Source: Pseudomonadota bacterium
Lineage (GTDB): Bacteria > Pseudomonadota > Alphaproteobacteria > Rhizobiales > Beijerinckiaceae
Length of the DNA: 63,632 nt
Reading direction: 5' to 3'
NCBI GenBank assembly: GCA_023386115.1
Contig: JAEWKL010000790.1
Span: forward strand, 1 to 63,632
This document shows, one piece after another, positions 22,801 through 32,373 of the stretch (positions within the stretch are counted from its first letter, which is position 1; each line of letters begins with the position of its first letter). Made by a program: the position numbers and the translations under genes. The notes below the pieces were generated by a model, which saw only the letters and a list, made by a program, of their open reading frames with translations, ran no database searches and was not told the origin of the DNA.

Positions 22801-23105
22801 GGCCTGCCAGGTTCTTCGGCGTTCAGCCAGGGACCCAGGGCAGCGTCGAGCCCCTCCGCTCCCACGAAGGTGGCGGCCCAGGGGGACAGGCGGCTCGCGA
22901 CGAGCGGCGGCTCGGAGTCGGCAAGGTTCAGGCGGAGGTATGCAAACTCCGCCTCCAGGAGGTTGAAGACCGCAGCTACGAGGCTGCTCGCGATCCGGTG
23001 TTCGTCCTGTCCCACCCAGGTGGCGGGCAGCGCCATCAGGCCGATCATGTCGCCCATACAGCGCTCAAGCCGCTTGTTCTTCGCGAGGACAGAGCTCAGG
23101 TCCAC
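19857..23105 (-). CDS. Cytoplasmic sensor histidine kinase with five PAS/PAC repeats
   Basis: Five xxxIP...HPxD...YRW repeats; AHELNQP, QVLLNL, DSGVG, FFTTK, GMGIGL; probable GTG start at 23105. Confidence 0.93.
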   Translation of the reverse strand: MDLSSVLAKNKRLERCMGDMIGLMALPATWVGQDEHRIASSLVAAVFNLLEAEFAYLRLNLADSEPPLVASRLSPWAATFVGAEGLDAALGPWLNAEEPGRPFRLGIAGAELAIHATPLGLLGEYGSLVICSRQAGFPSQTEGLLLNIAASQATIGLQAARRLDEQRRLAEEFEQRVAARTRELAEANEELRRRELDFQLVVDSIPVPVAVTTPTGAVEGVNRPTMAYFGKSFEELKEWKASDLVHPEDLQATISAQIAAHQAGSIYNVQSRHRRHDGIYRWFNVLGVPLRDPAGNVLRWFHLILDIDDQRRAEQALAASESRLAQIVDAIPSVLWSAEVDGAADFFNKHYLNYTGLTLDEVLGAGWAASVHPDDQPGLISVWKDLLASGQPGGAEARVRRFDGTYRWFLFRANPLRDDAGRVVKWFGVNIDIEDRKRAEEALRTSEWKLRQLTETIPQMLWSAMPDGSIDYCNTRLLDFTGLSADEVMGTGWTKMLHPEDVEQAKQIWLSCIETGTPYQVEVRTRHAADGTYRWLLTNALPLRDGYGGIIRWYGTCIDIHDRKVAEAAIVESERNLAEIIDTIPAYVWSAGPDGSIAYISRYYRDYLGLTLEEVEGRKWLQVVHPDDLQAHIDFRNACLASGRAGEAQTRIRRFDGTYRWFLNRANPLERGSAATKWFGVTIDIEELKCTEQMLRESEWNLRNLTETIPQMLWSADPNGSCDYCNTRMLDYTGCEAHEIKGEGWRGLFHPDDRERAARAWEASAATGAPFQVEVRMIHAAGHSYRWCLTAGLPLRDEQGRIVKWYGVCVDMHDWRRAQEELRETQAELAHATRVMTMGQLTASIAHELNQPLAGIMTNAGTGLRMLAADPPNITGAQETARRTIRDAKRASEVIARLRALFSRRAPASETVNLNAAAQEVVTLSLNELRRNGVNLRMQLAEDLPCVVGDRVQLQQVLLNLLLNGAESMRVVTDRSRDLLLTTEHEADGQVTVRVMDSGVGFDPAHEQKLFNPFFTTKSNGMGIGLAVSRTIIESHHGRLWAERNAGPGASFCFSIPAMVPGQTFISVQSAVPSATDAIGFR

Positions 23106-23107
23106 GG

Positions 23108-23749
23108 TCAACTCGCCCGAGTCCGAGGAGACGGCCTCCGCTCGCGCAGCTCCCCTACGAAGACATCGGGCGGCACGAAGAAGGGGTTTCGCTGGATGAT
23201 CCCGCCGAGGATGATCAAAGGGTGCGTGCGCATGACGTCCAGCACAGTCTCGCTGCTGAACTTGGCGAGGTCGTAGACGCACACGACCGTGTCGTCGTGG
23301 CGGCACCACAGGTGGTTCACGCGCGCCTCGAACTCGATCACGTCATGGATGCAAGATGGGTGATGGGCGGCCCATTCCATCTGACAGACAATCCGGTTCG
23401 CCGGAAAGGTCGCCTCGCGGCCGCTGGCAATCTTCTCGAAGGTTCGTAGCATCCGGTCCTGGTCGAACCGGCCGCCGTGCAGATAGGCGTGGGTGCTGAA
23501 GTGGATGTCCAGTTGTCCGCGGCGCTTCGCGTCTGCTGTGTCGATCCCGGCAGTGGCCAGCCTGTCGACGTGCCGGTCGTGCCGATGCGGACTGACCACG
23601 TGCACTGCCTTGTGACCGAGGACGAAGCCGTCCTTTATGAAGGGCAGGAGAACCCGGTATTCCTCGTCTTCGCTGTTAAAGAATGCACAGACATGGCGGG
23701 GGTGATCCAGATGGGCACCAGCCAGACGAGGCGGCTCATCTTCCTTCAT
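23108..23749 (-). CDS. MEDS domain protein
   Basis: HVCAFF...PFIKDG...IEFEARVN...CVYDL.KF...DVMRTHP. Confidence 0.88.
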   Translation of the reverse strand: MKEDEPPRLAGAHLDHPRHVCAFFNSEDEEYRVLLPFIKDGFVLGHKAVHVVSPHRHDRHVDRLATAGIDTADAKRRGQLDIHFSTHAYLHGGRFDQDRMLRTFEKIASGREATFPANRIVCQMEWAAHHPSCIHDVIEFEARVNHLWCRHDDTVVCVYDLAKFSSETVLDVMRTHPLIILGGIIQRNPFFVPPDVFVGELRERRPSPRTRAS

Positions 23750-23900
23750 CACTGGGGTCCTCCGCTTGCTGGGGATCGCTGCGCCTGCGCCGCACAATGC
23801 ACGCGGGGACAGCCGGGTACCGATAGCACCTTGGTATCGGTTTAGAGGATTTCGCCCTTCCCGGGTTCACGAGTCGGCTTCAGCAGCCCCGCGGATGATC

Positions 23901-23931
23901 GACTACAAGGTATCGGCGATACCATCGTGCA
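23901..23931. promoter_or_regulatory. Tandem GATAC-N4-GTATC-like boxes in a divergent promoter
   Basis: GACTA-CAAG-GTATC (23901) and GATAC-CATC-GTGCA (23918), 17 bp apart; another at 23825-23838. Confidence 0.5.
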
Positions 23932-24012
23932 ATCGCTGCGCCTCGGCGGATGTTCGACCTTCAGAGGGCGAACACCCTCGCTCGGCCCGCTCGGGCCCAG
24001 GGGAGAAGCTCC

Positions 24013-25290
24013 ATGCTGCAGGCCCACCCGTCACCCGCGCGTCGAGACGTGCTTGTCGCCGCTGCAGCCGTCGGTGCGGCCAGCATCGTTTCCGCGCCGC
24101 TCAACGCGGAGCCGGCCGAGATCCGGCCTTTTCAGGTCCAGTATCCCGACGAGGCGCTGCTCGATCTCCGCCGCAGGATCGGCGCCACACGTTGGCCGAC
24201 TCAGGAGCTGGTTGGCAACGCGTCACAGGGCGTCCAGCTCGCGACGATGCGGAACCTCGCCCGATATTGGGCGAGCGAGCACGACTGGCGGAAGGTCGAG
24301 GCGAAGCTGAACGCCTTGCCGATGTTCCTCACGGAGATCGACGGGCTCGACATCCACTTCATCCACGTGCGCTCGCGGCATCCCGGGGCCCTGCCGGTCA
24401 TCATCACGCATGGCTGGCCCGGCTCGGTCATCGAGCAGCTGAAGGTCATCGGCCCGCTGACCGATCCAACGGCCCATGGCGGCGCGCCCGGCGATGCCTT
24501 CGACGTGGTGATCCCCTCGCTCCCGGGCCACGGGTTCTCAGGGAAACCGACCGCGACAGGTTGGGACCCGCAGCAGATCGCGCGTGCCTGGACGGCGCTG
24601 ATGAAGCGCCTCGGCTATACCCGCTTCGTCGCGCAAGGGGGCGATTGGGGCGATGCCGTCTCCGAGCAGATGGCGCTGCAGGCGCCTCCGGAACTGCTCG
24701 CCATCCACACCAACATGCCCGCGACCGTGCCGGATCGCATCGCGAAGGCGCTCGCGTCCGGCGCGGAGCCTCCCGCCGGCCTCTCGGCGGACGAGGCGAA
24801 CGCCTATGCCCAGCTCGATTTCTTTTACAAGCACGGCCTCGGCTACGCGCAGGAGATGACCAACCGTCCGCAGACTCTCTACGGCCTGGAGGACTCGCCC
24901 GTCGGCCTCGCCGCCTGGATGCTCGATCACGATGCGCGCAGCTACGAGCTGATCGCGCGCGTCTTCCGTCGAGAGACGGAAGGATTGTCGCGGGACGACA
25001 TCCTCGACAACATCACGCTCTATTGGTTGACGGGCACGGCGGTTTCGTCGGCGCGGCTCTACTGGGAAAACAAGCTGGCCTTTTTCGCACCGAAGGGCAT
25101 CGAAATACCCGTTGCCGTGAGCGTCTTTCCGGACGAGATCTACGCGGCACCGAAGAGCTGGGCAGCAGAAGCTTTCCCGAAGCTCATTCACTACAACCGA
25201 CTCCCAGAGGGTGGGCACTTCGCGGCCTGGGAGCAGCCCAGGACCTTCACTGCAGAGCTGAGACAGGCGTTCCGCTCGCTCCGCTCATAG
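24013..25290 (+). CDS. Epoxide hydrolase (EHN-type) with Tat signal
   Basis: RRDVL leader, HGWPGS, PSLPGHGFS, QGGDWG, GGHFAAWEQP. Confidence 0.92.
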   Translation: MLQAHPSPARRDVLVAAAAVGAASIVSAPLNAEPAEIRPFQVQYPDEALLDLRRRIGATRWPTQELVGNASQGVQLATMRNLARYWASEHDWRKVEAKLNALPMFLTEIDGLDIHFIHVRSRHPGALPVIITHGWPGSVIEQLKVIGPLTDPTAHGGAPGDAFDVVIPSLPGHGFSGKPTATGWDPQQIARAWTALMKRLGYTRFVAQGGDWGDAVSEQMALQAPPELLAIHTNMPATVPDRIAKALASGAEPPAGLSADEANAYAQLDFFYKHGLGYAQEMTNRPQTLYGLEDSPVGLAAWMLDHDARSYELIARVFRRETEGLSRDDILDNITLYWLTGTAVSSARLYWENKLAFFAPKGIEIPVAVSVFPDEIYAAPKSWAAEAFPKLIHYNRLPEGGHFAAWEQPRTFTAELRQAFRSLRS

Positions 25291-25350
25291 GGCGACGAGC
25301 CGCACTCGCCCCACACCTCGTCCAACTTGCCGCTGCCCTGGAGGCACGCC

Positions 25351-25773
25351 ATGAACCAGCAGAACAAGCTCATCTACACGGCCAAGGTTCACACGACGGG
25401 TGGGCGCGAAGGCGGCACGTCGCGGAGCTCGGACGGCAACCTCGACATCCATATCGCGCCGCCCGGCAGTGGCCGGCCGGGCACCAACCCCGAGCAGCTT
25501 TTTGCGGCCGGCTGGTCCGCCTGTTTCGAAAGCGCGATTGGGATCGCGGCGCGCCGGAAACAAGTGACTCTGCCCCCGGGCTTTGCCATTGACGCGGAGG
25601 TGGATCTGAGCCTCGTGGACGGCTTCTACACGCTCGGGACCCGGTTGAACGTCAGCCTCCCGGGACTGGCGCGCGAAGTGGCACAGGGGCTCGTCGACGA
25701 GGCCCACACGCTCTGCCCGTATTCCCGGGCCACGCACGGCAACATCGAGGTCGCGACGACGGTCGCGGTCTAG
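25351..25773 (+). CDS. ohr: Ohr/OsmC-family peroxiredoxin
   Basis: GGREG, GTNPEQLFAAGWSACF, AHTLCPYSRA. Confidence 0.9.
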   Translation: MNQQNKLIYTAKVHTTGGREGGTSRSSDGNLDIHIAPPGSGRPGTNPEQLFAAGWSACFESAIGIAARRKQVTLPPGFAIDAEVDLSLVDGFYTLGTRLNVSLPGLAREVAQGLVDEAHTLCPYSRATHGNIEVATTVAV

Positions 25774-25798
25774 GCCTGTCAAGCAAGGAGCAGGACCG

Positions 25799-26836
25799 AT
25801 GAGCAGCTTGGCGCAAGCGCAGGGGTTCGATCTCGACCGGCGGCGGCTTCTCGGCCGGGCGGGGATCATCGCCGCCGCTTCAGGGGTCGGCATCGCGGGG
25901 CCCGCGTTGGCTCGGAACGCGACAGGAGCGGCGAGTGGGTCGCTCGGTCCGATCAGGCAGATCGATGCCGGGCTACTGAACATGGGATACGCCGAGGTTG
26001 GTCCGGCGAGCGGTCCCGCCGTGATCCTGCTCCACGGCTGGCCGTACGACATTCACAGCTATGCCGAGGTCGCCCCAATCCTCGCATCCAGCGGCTTTCG
26101 GGTGATCGTGCCCCTTCTCCGCGGCTATGGCTCGACGAGCTTCCTGTCCAGCGAGACGCCGCGGAACGGGCAGCAGGCGGCGCTCGCCGAGGATGTGCTC
26201 GCGCTGATGGACGCCCTGCGGATCCAGCGCGCCGTCGTCGGGGGCTACGATTGGGGTGCGCGCACCGCCAATATCGTAGCGGCGCTTCGACCCGACCGCT
26301 GCGCCGCGATGGTATCGGTCAGCGGCTACCTCATCGGCAGCAAGGCCGCCAACCTGCGCCCGCTTACGCCGCAGGCCGAGCTCGCCTGGTGGTATCAGTT
26401 CTACTTCGCGACGGAGCGCGGGCGGGCCGGCTACCAGGCGAACACACGCGCCTTCGCCCGCCTCATCTGGCAGATGGCCTCGCCCCGCTGGGAGTTCGAC
26501 GAGGCGACCTTCGCGCGCAGCGCGGCGGCCTTCGACAATGCGGATCATGTGGCCATCGTGATCCATAACTACCGCTGGCGCCTCGGGCTGGCCGAGGGCG
26601 AAAGCCGGTATGACGCGATGGAGAAGACGCTCGCCACCGTGCCCGCCATCACCGTCCCGACGATCACGCTGGAGGGTGATGCGAACGGCGCGCCCCATCC
26701 GGACCCGAGGGACTACGCTAGGAAGTTCTCCGGCCCCTACGAGCACCGCACGATCCGCGGCGGCATTGGGCACAACCTGCCCCAGGAAGCACCGCAGGCC
26801 TTCGCGCAGGCGGTGATCGACGTGAGCCGGACCTGA
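25799..26836 (+). CDS. Alpha/beta hydrolase with Tat signal
   Basis: RRRLL leader, LLHGWP, GYDWG, GHNLPQE. Confidence 0.9.
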   Translation: MSSLAQAQGFDLDRRRLLGRAGIIAAASGVGIAGPALARNATGAASGSLGPIRQIDAGLLNMGYAEVGPASGPAVILLHGWPYDIHSYAEVAPILASSGFRVIVPLLRGYGSTSFLSSETPRNGQQAALAEDVLALMDALRIQRAVVGGYDWGARTANIVAALRPDRCAAMVSVSGYLIGSKAANLRPLTPQAELAWWYQFYFATERGRAGYQANTRAFARLIWQMASPRWEFDEATFARSAAAFDNADHVAIVIHNYRWRLGLAEGESRYDAMEKTLATVPAITVPTITLEGDANGAPHPDPRDYARKFSGPYEHRTIRGGIGHNLPQEAPQAFAQAVIDVSRT

Positions 26837-26840
26837 GCTC

Positions 26841-27692
26841 ATGGGCGCGCTTGCCACTTACCGCACAGTGAGCGTCGACGGCCTGCCCATCTTCTACCGC
26901 GAGGCCGGCCAGCAGGACGCGCCGGTCCTGCTGCTCCTCCACGGCCTGCCCTCGTCCTCCCGAATGTATGCGCCGTTGCTGGACCGCCTGTCCGATCGCT
27001 ACCGGCTGGTCGCGCCCGACTACCCGGGCTTCGGCCACAGCGCCGCTCCCGCTCCAAGCGTGTTCTCCTATACGTTCGATCGCATTGCGGATGTGATGGT
27101 CCGCTTCACGGAGACGCTCGGGCTCTCCCGCTACAGCCTGTTCATGCAGGATTACGGCGGGCCGGTCGGCTTTCGCATGGCGATGGCGCATCCCAAGCGG
27201 GTGGAGGCGCTGATCATCCAGAACGCGGTCGCTCACGACACGGGCCTCGGCGGGGCCTGGAATGCGCGCCGCGCCTTCTGGGCCGATCGCGCCGCGCATG
27301 AGGGTGCGCTTCGCGAGAACCTGCTGTCGCTCGAGGCGACCCGGCGCCGCCACATCGGCCATGATCCGCATGTGGAGCGCTACGACCCGGATCTCTGGAC
27401 GGACGAGTTCGCCTTCCTCAACCGGCTCGGTCAGGCGGAGATCCAGACCGAGCTGTTCTATGATTACCGCAGCAACGTAGCGGCCTATCCGCGATGGCAG
27501 GAGTGGATGCGGGCCGTTCAGCCCCGGATGCTGGTGCTGTGGGGCAAGTACGACGCGTCCTTCGACATCTCCGAGCCGGAAGCCTACCGGCGCGACGTCC
27601 CCGGCGCCGAAATCCACATCCTGGATGGAGGCCACTTCGCGCTCGACACGGAAGCGGGCCGGATTGCCGCCCTGATCCAGGGCTTTCTCTGA
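26841..27692 (+). CDS. Alpha/beta hydrolase
   Basis: LLHGLPSSS, PDYPGFG, QDYGGP, GHFALD. Confidence 0.9.
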   Translation: MGALATYRTVSVDGLPIFYREAGQQDAPVLLLLHGLPSSSRMYAPLLDRLSDRYRLVAPDYPGFGHSAAPAPSVFSYTFDRIADVMVRFTETLGLSRYSLFMQDYGGPVGFRMAMAHPKRVEALIIQNAVAHDTGLGGAWNARRAFWADRAAHEGALRENLLSLEATRRRHIGHDPHVERYDPDLWTDEFAFLNRLGQAEIQTELFYDYRSNVAAYPRWQEWMRAVQPRMLVLWGKYDASFDISEPEAYRRDVPGAEIHILDGGHFALDTEAGRIAALIQGFL

Positions 27693-27825
27693 CGCCGCTC
27701 GTCCGACACCGTCGACCACAGCACGCCGTTCCCCCTTCAGCTCAGCGATCGTGAACGACCTCTCGGCAGCTCTCCTGCCGGGCTCGACCCTGCTCACCCG
27801 ATACCCGCAGCAAGAGGACAGCGCC

Positions 27826-28362
27826 ATGACCGATCACGAGATCGTCGATTCCAGCTTCACGGCCACCATCACCGCGCCGATCGGCATGATCGATATTCCG
27901 GAATGGTGCTTCTCGCTCGGCGAAAAGGACTACCAGGATTGCTCGCCCGCCCACATCGCGGCCGGTTTTACGACCACGCCGGATGGCCGGAGGATGTCCA
28001 TCAATGTCGAGGTGATCGGCGGCAGCCTGATGGTTCAGCACTATGTCGAGACGCTCGGCAGGCCTGATCATCTCGTCCTGGAATCGGTATCGGACGTCTT
28101 CACGCCTTCGGGCCGGACCACCATCCATGTGCTCTGGGAGCTGAGCGTCAAAGCCATCGACCGCGATCGGTGCGAGTTCACCAACCGCGTGCGATCGAAG
28201 GCGACCGAGGAGTTCAAGGCCTTCCTCGACCGCCAGGGGATCCCGTTCGACGTCTTCCGCGCGCAGCGCCAGCCGATGTCGATCGCGCACAATCGCGCCG
28301 AAACGCCTCTCTTCGCTGCGAGCATCGAACGCGCCGCCCTCAGGCGAGATACCGCCAACTGA
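27826..28362 (+). CDS. Hypothetical protein (possible START/SRPBCC-like fold)
   Basis: GAGG RBS, operonic position, high-GC codon usage; the fold is a guess. Confidence 0.7.
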   Translation: MTDHEIVDSSFTATITAPIGMIDIPEWCFSLGEKDYQDCSPAHIAAGFTTTPDGRRMSINVEVIGGSLMVQHYVETLGRPDHLVLESVSDVFTPSGRTTIHVLWELSVKAIDRDRCEFTNRVRSKATEEFKAFLDRQGIPFDVFRAQRQPMSIAHNRAETPLFAASIERAALRRDTAN

Positions 28363-28383
28363 CCGGGAACACGGAGACCAGCC

Positions 28384-29007
28384 ATGCGACCGACGACCTA
28401 TGCAAAGGACTCGACGGCTCTCCTGTTCGTCGATCCCTACAACGACTTCCTGTCGGAAGGCGGGAAGATCTGGCCACGCGTGAAGGCTGTCGCCGAAGAG
28501 GTGAACCTTCTCGAAAACTTGCGGCAGGTCAGCAAGGCAGTGCGAAGCGCCGGAATGAAGGTTTTTATCGTCCCGCATCGCCGGTGGGAGCCCGGAGATT
28601 ACGAATGCTGGTGCCATCCCAATCCGACTCAGATCGCGATCATGACGCGCCAGTCCTTCGCGCGGGGAGAATGGGGCGGGGACTGGTACCCCGATTTCGC
28701 ACCGCAGGCTGGCGACATCGTCGTGAAGGAGCATTGGGCCCAGAGCGGCTTTGCGAACACCGATCTCGATCAGCAGCTCCGGCAGCACGGGATCACGCAT
28801 GTCATCGTGGTCGGCCTGCTCGCGAATACCTGTATCGAGTCGACCTCCCGATACGCGATGGAGCTCGGCTACCACGTGACGCTCGTCCGGGACGCAACCG
28901 CCGCCTTCACGATGGAGATGATGCACGCCGCCCATGAGCTGAATGGGCCGACCTACGCACACGCAATCCTGTACACGCGGCAGGTGATCGAGGCCTTACG
29001 CTCATAG
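28384..29007 (+). CDS. Isochorismatase-family cysteine hydrolase
   Basis: LFVDPYNDF, SGFANTDL, NTCIEST, RDAT. Confidence 0.92.
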   Translation: MRPTTYAKDSTALLFVDPYNDFLSEGGKIWPRVKAVAEEVNLLENLRQVSKAVRSAGMKVFIVPHRRWEPGDYECWCHPNPTQIAIMTRQSFARGEWGGDWYPDFAPQAGDIVVKEHWAQSGFANTDLDQQLRQHGITHVIVVGLLANTCIESTSRYAMELGYHVTLVRDATAAFTMEMMHAAHELNGPTYAHAILYTRQVIEALRS

Positions 29008-29221
29008 CCTTCCCGATTCTCCTAAGTCCTCTGGAGTGCCGCGCCAAGTGAGGCGCAACATATCCCGAGCTTCACGACGTTGTTGGCCCGGCTACACGCA
29101 CCACGATGTTGATCCTCACGCGTATGTCCGCTCTTGGGCGGTCGCCAAGCCGCTTTGAGTGGCCGGGACGGGCGCAAACCTGCCAACCGATGGACGATGG
29201 CCTCACGTCCGCTTCGATCTT

Positions 29222-30769
29222 GATTGTGTTGAAAAACTCTGCTGTTGCGGCGGCGGGTGCGGGGTGATTCACTCTCGTCGTGAGGCGAGGATCGACGCAG
29301 ATGATGGGTCCGCGGCAGGTCGAGCAGGGCGCTTTGTTCTACGAGTTCGCTCTCGAAACACATGTTCCAGCCGACCATCTCCTGCGCGCCATCGACCGCT
29401 TCGCCGACTTGGGCAGCCTGCGGCGGGACCTCGCGCCCTTCTATGCCTCAACGGGTCGACCCTCGATCGACCCCGAGCTCATGATCCGCATGCTGCTCAT
29501 CGGCTACTGCCTCGGCATCCGCTCCGAGCGACAGTTGTGCCAGGAGGTCCACCTCAACCTTGCCTATCGCTGGTTTTGCCGGCTCGGCCTCGACGGCCGG
29601 GTGCCGGACCACTCGACCTTCTCAAAGAACCGGCATGGCCGCTTCCGTGACAGCGATCTGCTGCGCGAGGTGTTCGAGGTTACCGTGCAACGCTGCATCG
29701 AGGAGGGGCTCGTCGGGGGCGAGGGCTTTGCGGTCGATGCCAGCCTGATCCGGGCCGATGCCAACAAGCAGCGCGCCGCAGACGCCTCCGAGACCGTTGA
29801 CTGGACCGATCTCGCTCGGACCCGCCGGTCAGTGCGCGAGTACCTCGACACCCTCGACGAAGCCGCCTGGGGAGCAGCGAGCGAGACCCAGCCGAAGTTC
29901 GTCTCCCGCTCCGACCCGGCGGCGCAGTGGACGGGCGCGCTGAAGGGCCATGCCTTCTTCGCCTACGCCACCAACTACCTGATCGACCTCGACCACGCCG
30001 TGATCGTCGATGTCGAGGCTAGCCGCGCCATCCGGCAGGCGGAGGTAGGGGCAGCCCGCACCATGATCGCGCGGACGCAAGATCGCTTCGGGCTGTGGCC
30101 AGCCCGGCTTGCGGCTGACAGTGCCTATGGGTCGGCTGAGCACCTGGCTTGGCTCGTGCACGAGCGCGGGATCGAGCCGCACATCCCGGTCTTCGACAAG
30201 TCCGAGCGCCGCGATGGCACCTTCAGCCGGTCAGCCTTCAGCTACGACCCTGCAGCTGATGCCTACACCTGCCCGGCTGGCCATCAGTTGCGGCCACGCC
30301 AGAAGGTCTATCGGACGCCGTTCCCGCTCGTCGATGACGATGGGATGATGCGCTACCGGGCAAGCCAGCGCGACTGCGAGCCCTGCACGCTGAAGCCGCG
30401 ATGCTGCCCCAACACACCCGCCCGCAAGATCCCACGCTCGATCCATGAAGGCGCCCGGCAGATGGCGCGCGACATCTGCGCCTCGGACGAGGGTCGCACC
30501 TCACGGCGTGAGCGCAAGAAGGTCGAGATGATGTTTGCCCACCTCAAGCGGATCCTGAAGCTGGATCGACTTCGGCTGCGGGGGCCGAACGGCGCCCGGG
30601 ACGAGTTCCACCTCGCCGCAGCAGCCCAGAACCTCAGGAAGCTCGCTAAGCTGATCCCGCTCCAGCAGCTGAGCCCGGCCTAATCGGCCGGGACCGCCCC
30701 CACGTTGGTGCGGTCCGGACAGCCGATCGGTGCCCGATCCAGATCGGCCGCGAGTTTTTCAACAAAATC
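29222..30769 (+). mobile_element. IS1182-family element, apparently intact
   Basis: 18-bp terminal inverted repeats GATTGTGTTGAAAAACTC / GAGTTTTTCAACAAAATC (1 mismatch) around the transposase. Confidence 0.9.
29301..30683 (+). CDS. IS1182-family transposase
   Basis: GRPSIDPE, VPDHSTFS, VDAS, ADSAYG, KVEMMFAHLK. Confidence 0.93.
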   Translation: MMGPRQVEQGALFYEFALETHVPADHLLRAIDRFADLGSLRRDLAPFYASTGRPSIDPELMIRMLLIGYCLGIRSERQLCQEVHLNLAYRWFCRLGLDGRVPDHSTFSKNRHGRFRDSDLLREVFEVTVQRCIEEGLVGGEGFAVDASLIRADANKQRAADASETVDWTDLARTRRSVREYLDTLDEAAWGAASETQPKFVSRSDPAAQWTGALKGHAFFAYATNYLIDLDHAVIVDVEASRAIRQAEVGAARTMIARTQDRFGLWPARLAADSAYGSAEHLAWLVHERGIEPHIPVFDKSERRDGTFSRSAFSYDPAADAYTCPAGHQLRPRQKVYRTPFPLVDDDGMMRYRASQRDCEPCTLKPRCCPNTPARKIPRSIHEGARQMARDICASDEGRTSRRERKKVEMMFAHLKRILKLDRLRLRGPNGARDEFHLAAAAQNLRKLAKLIPLQQLSPA

Positions 30770-30899
30770 GGCGCGTAGCCGACTATCGGGCCCCTCCCCT
30801 TCTCCATTGGATTCCAGCCGTCGGCGCACTGCTGAGGGTGGCAGCGTCGCCACAGTGCGAGAGCCTGGGGCGCTTCGCCGAACATCTATGACCTTTGGC

Positions 30900-31117
30900 A
30901 GACCCCCTCGCCTGCCCGCAATCGGGGCATCGGCCGCTGGCTGCGTCCAGTCGCACGGGGATGATGAGGTGATCCTCGTGCTGCTCTACGAACCGCGTGA
31001 CACAGCACTCGGGGATGGCGAGGGGGATATCCATGCCATCCACGGTGGGGAGGGCAGGACTACCCATCAGCGGCTTGGGTCAATCCACCGCTATCCACGC
31101 AAAACGAGCAAGAACCA
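30900..31117 (-). mobile_element. ISL3-family remnant (left end and zinc-finger start)
   Basis: IPECCVT...GRCPDCG; GGTTCTTG end near 31117. Confidence 0.55.
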
Positions 31118-31137
31118 CCGATCCGGGGCAATCCCAG

Positions 31138-31620
31138 GTGTCACCTGCCCCCGTGGTGTCGACGGGCCGGATCGCCTCGGCCGCCGCGACCGTCCGCGCC
31201 CCGCCCGGATGCACCGCGACGGCTCCTCGGGCGCCGGCCGTGAGGACCCAGACCACGCCGCCCGCCTCGACCAGGAACGCGGCCTCGCTGCTCGCCTCGG
31301 CCCGCCCGAGGCATGCGGCCGCGGCGCGGGCCTCGTGCTCGTTGACGGCGAGGACGTCCGTCACCGCCATGAGCGTGCGCAGGTCGTCGGGGGCGAGCGT
31401 CGCGGGCACGGGAGCGAGGTTCCAGATCACCCGCCCGACATCCGCGCCTGTTGCGCGACCTCGCGGGACGCGGCGAGCGGCACCTCCATCTGGAGGATCA
31501 GCGTCGCCGCCGCCGGCGGGACCTCCGGGAGGATCGCCGCGCTCTCAGCGCCCCGTTGGCGCCGCTCGCCACCGTGATGGCGTTCTCGCCCTGCGCGTCC
31601 ACGGTGCTACGGCGACAGGG
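31138..31620 (-). pseudogene. Ribokinase (PfkB) fragment
   Basis: DAQGENAITVASGAN, LQMEVP, IWNLAP, VNEHE, PVDTTGAGDT across a frameshift. Confidence 0.8.
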
Positions 31621-31634
31621 GCCTGGGCGAGGCG

Positions 31635-32105
31635 GTGTTCGTCGCCCGCACCTACTCGCCCGACGTGACGCTTCTGACGCTGTGCCAGGGCATGGACCTC
31701 GATGCGGATGAGCGCGAGCGTGTCGAGAACCATGGCGTCAAGGTCGTTCACGCGCCGGTGGTCGATCTCGACATCGATGGGAACAGGATCACGGTGCTGC
31801 GCACGGCAGGCGGCGAGGAACACCGATTCGAGGTGCTGTACTCGGCCCTCGGGCTGAAACGACGCTCCGAATTCGCGCTCCGGTTGAGGGCCGCACACGA
31901 CGGGACGGGCGCGCTCATCGTCGACGAGCACAACCGCACGACGGTGCCCGGCCTCTACGCCGCTGGCGGCGTAGTGCGCGGCCTCGATCAGGTCGTGGTT
32001 GCGATGGGTCACGCGGCAATTGCGGCCACGGACATCCACAACCGCTGCGAATTGCCGACTGAGGAAGAGGCTGACGGGGCTGAGGAGAAGCCTGGATTCG
32101 CGTGA
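31635..32105 (+). pseudogene. C-terminal fragment of a thioredoxin-reductase-like FAD oxidoreductase
   Basis: TTVPGLYAAGGVV.GLDQVVVAMGHAAIAA; N-terminus absent. Confidence 0.75.
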
Positions 32106-32373
32106 TCTCCTTCCACGGGCTCCCAGCGAATGATGGGGTGACTTGAGCTGGTGGCGCGCTTCTGCTCCTCGGCGACGGCGGTTCGGCGCTGGTCATCTTG
32201 TTGCTCTATGAGCCAGTCGACGATAGCGTCGCGTACCGCCTAGACGGCCTTCTCCACTGCCTTTAGGTCGGGTGAGGGCGGGACCTCGCCGTCGAGGATT
32301 TCCCGGATCTGGATCTGCTGGCGCCACAGATTGGCCAGACCCTCACGGACCTTCATGGCAATCGACATCAATG

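Noticed and set aside
23766..25592. 608-aa ORF and similar long Arg/Ala/Pro-rich ORFs (e.g. 54003-55331, 27742-28962)
   Set aside because: Off-frame or antisense shadows of well-supported genes, typical of high-GC DNA
30870..30907. GGGGTCTG... on the minus strand as a Tn3 terminal repeat
   Set aside because: Only the first bases match, and no partner repeat or Tn3 transposase is present
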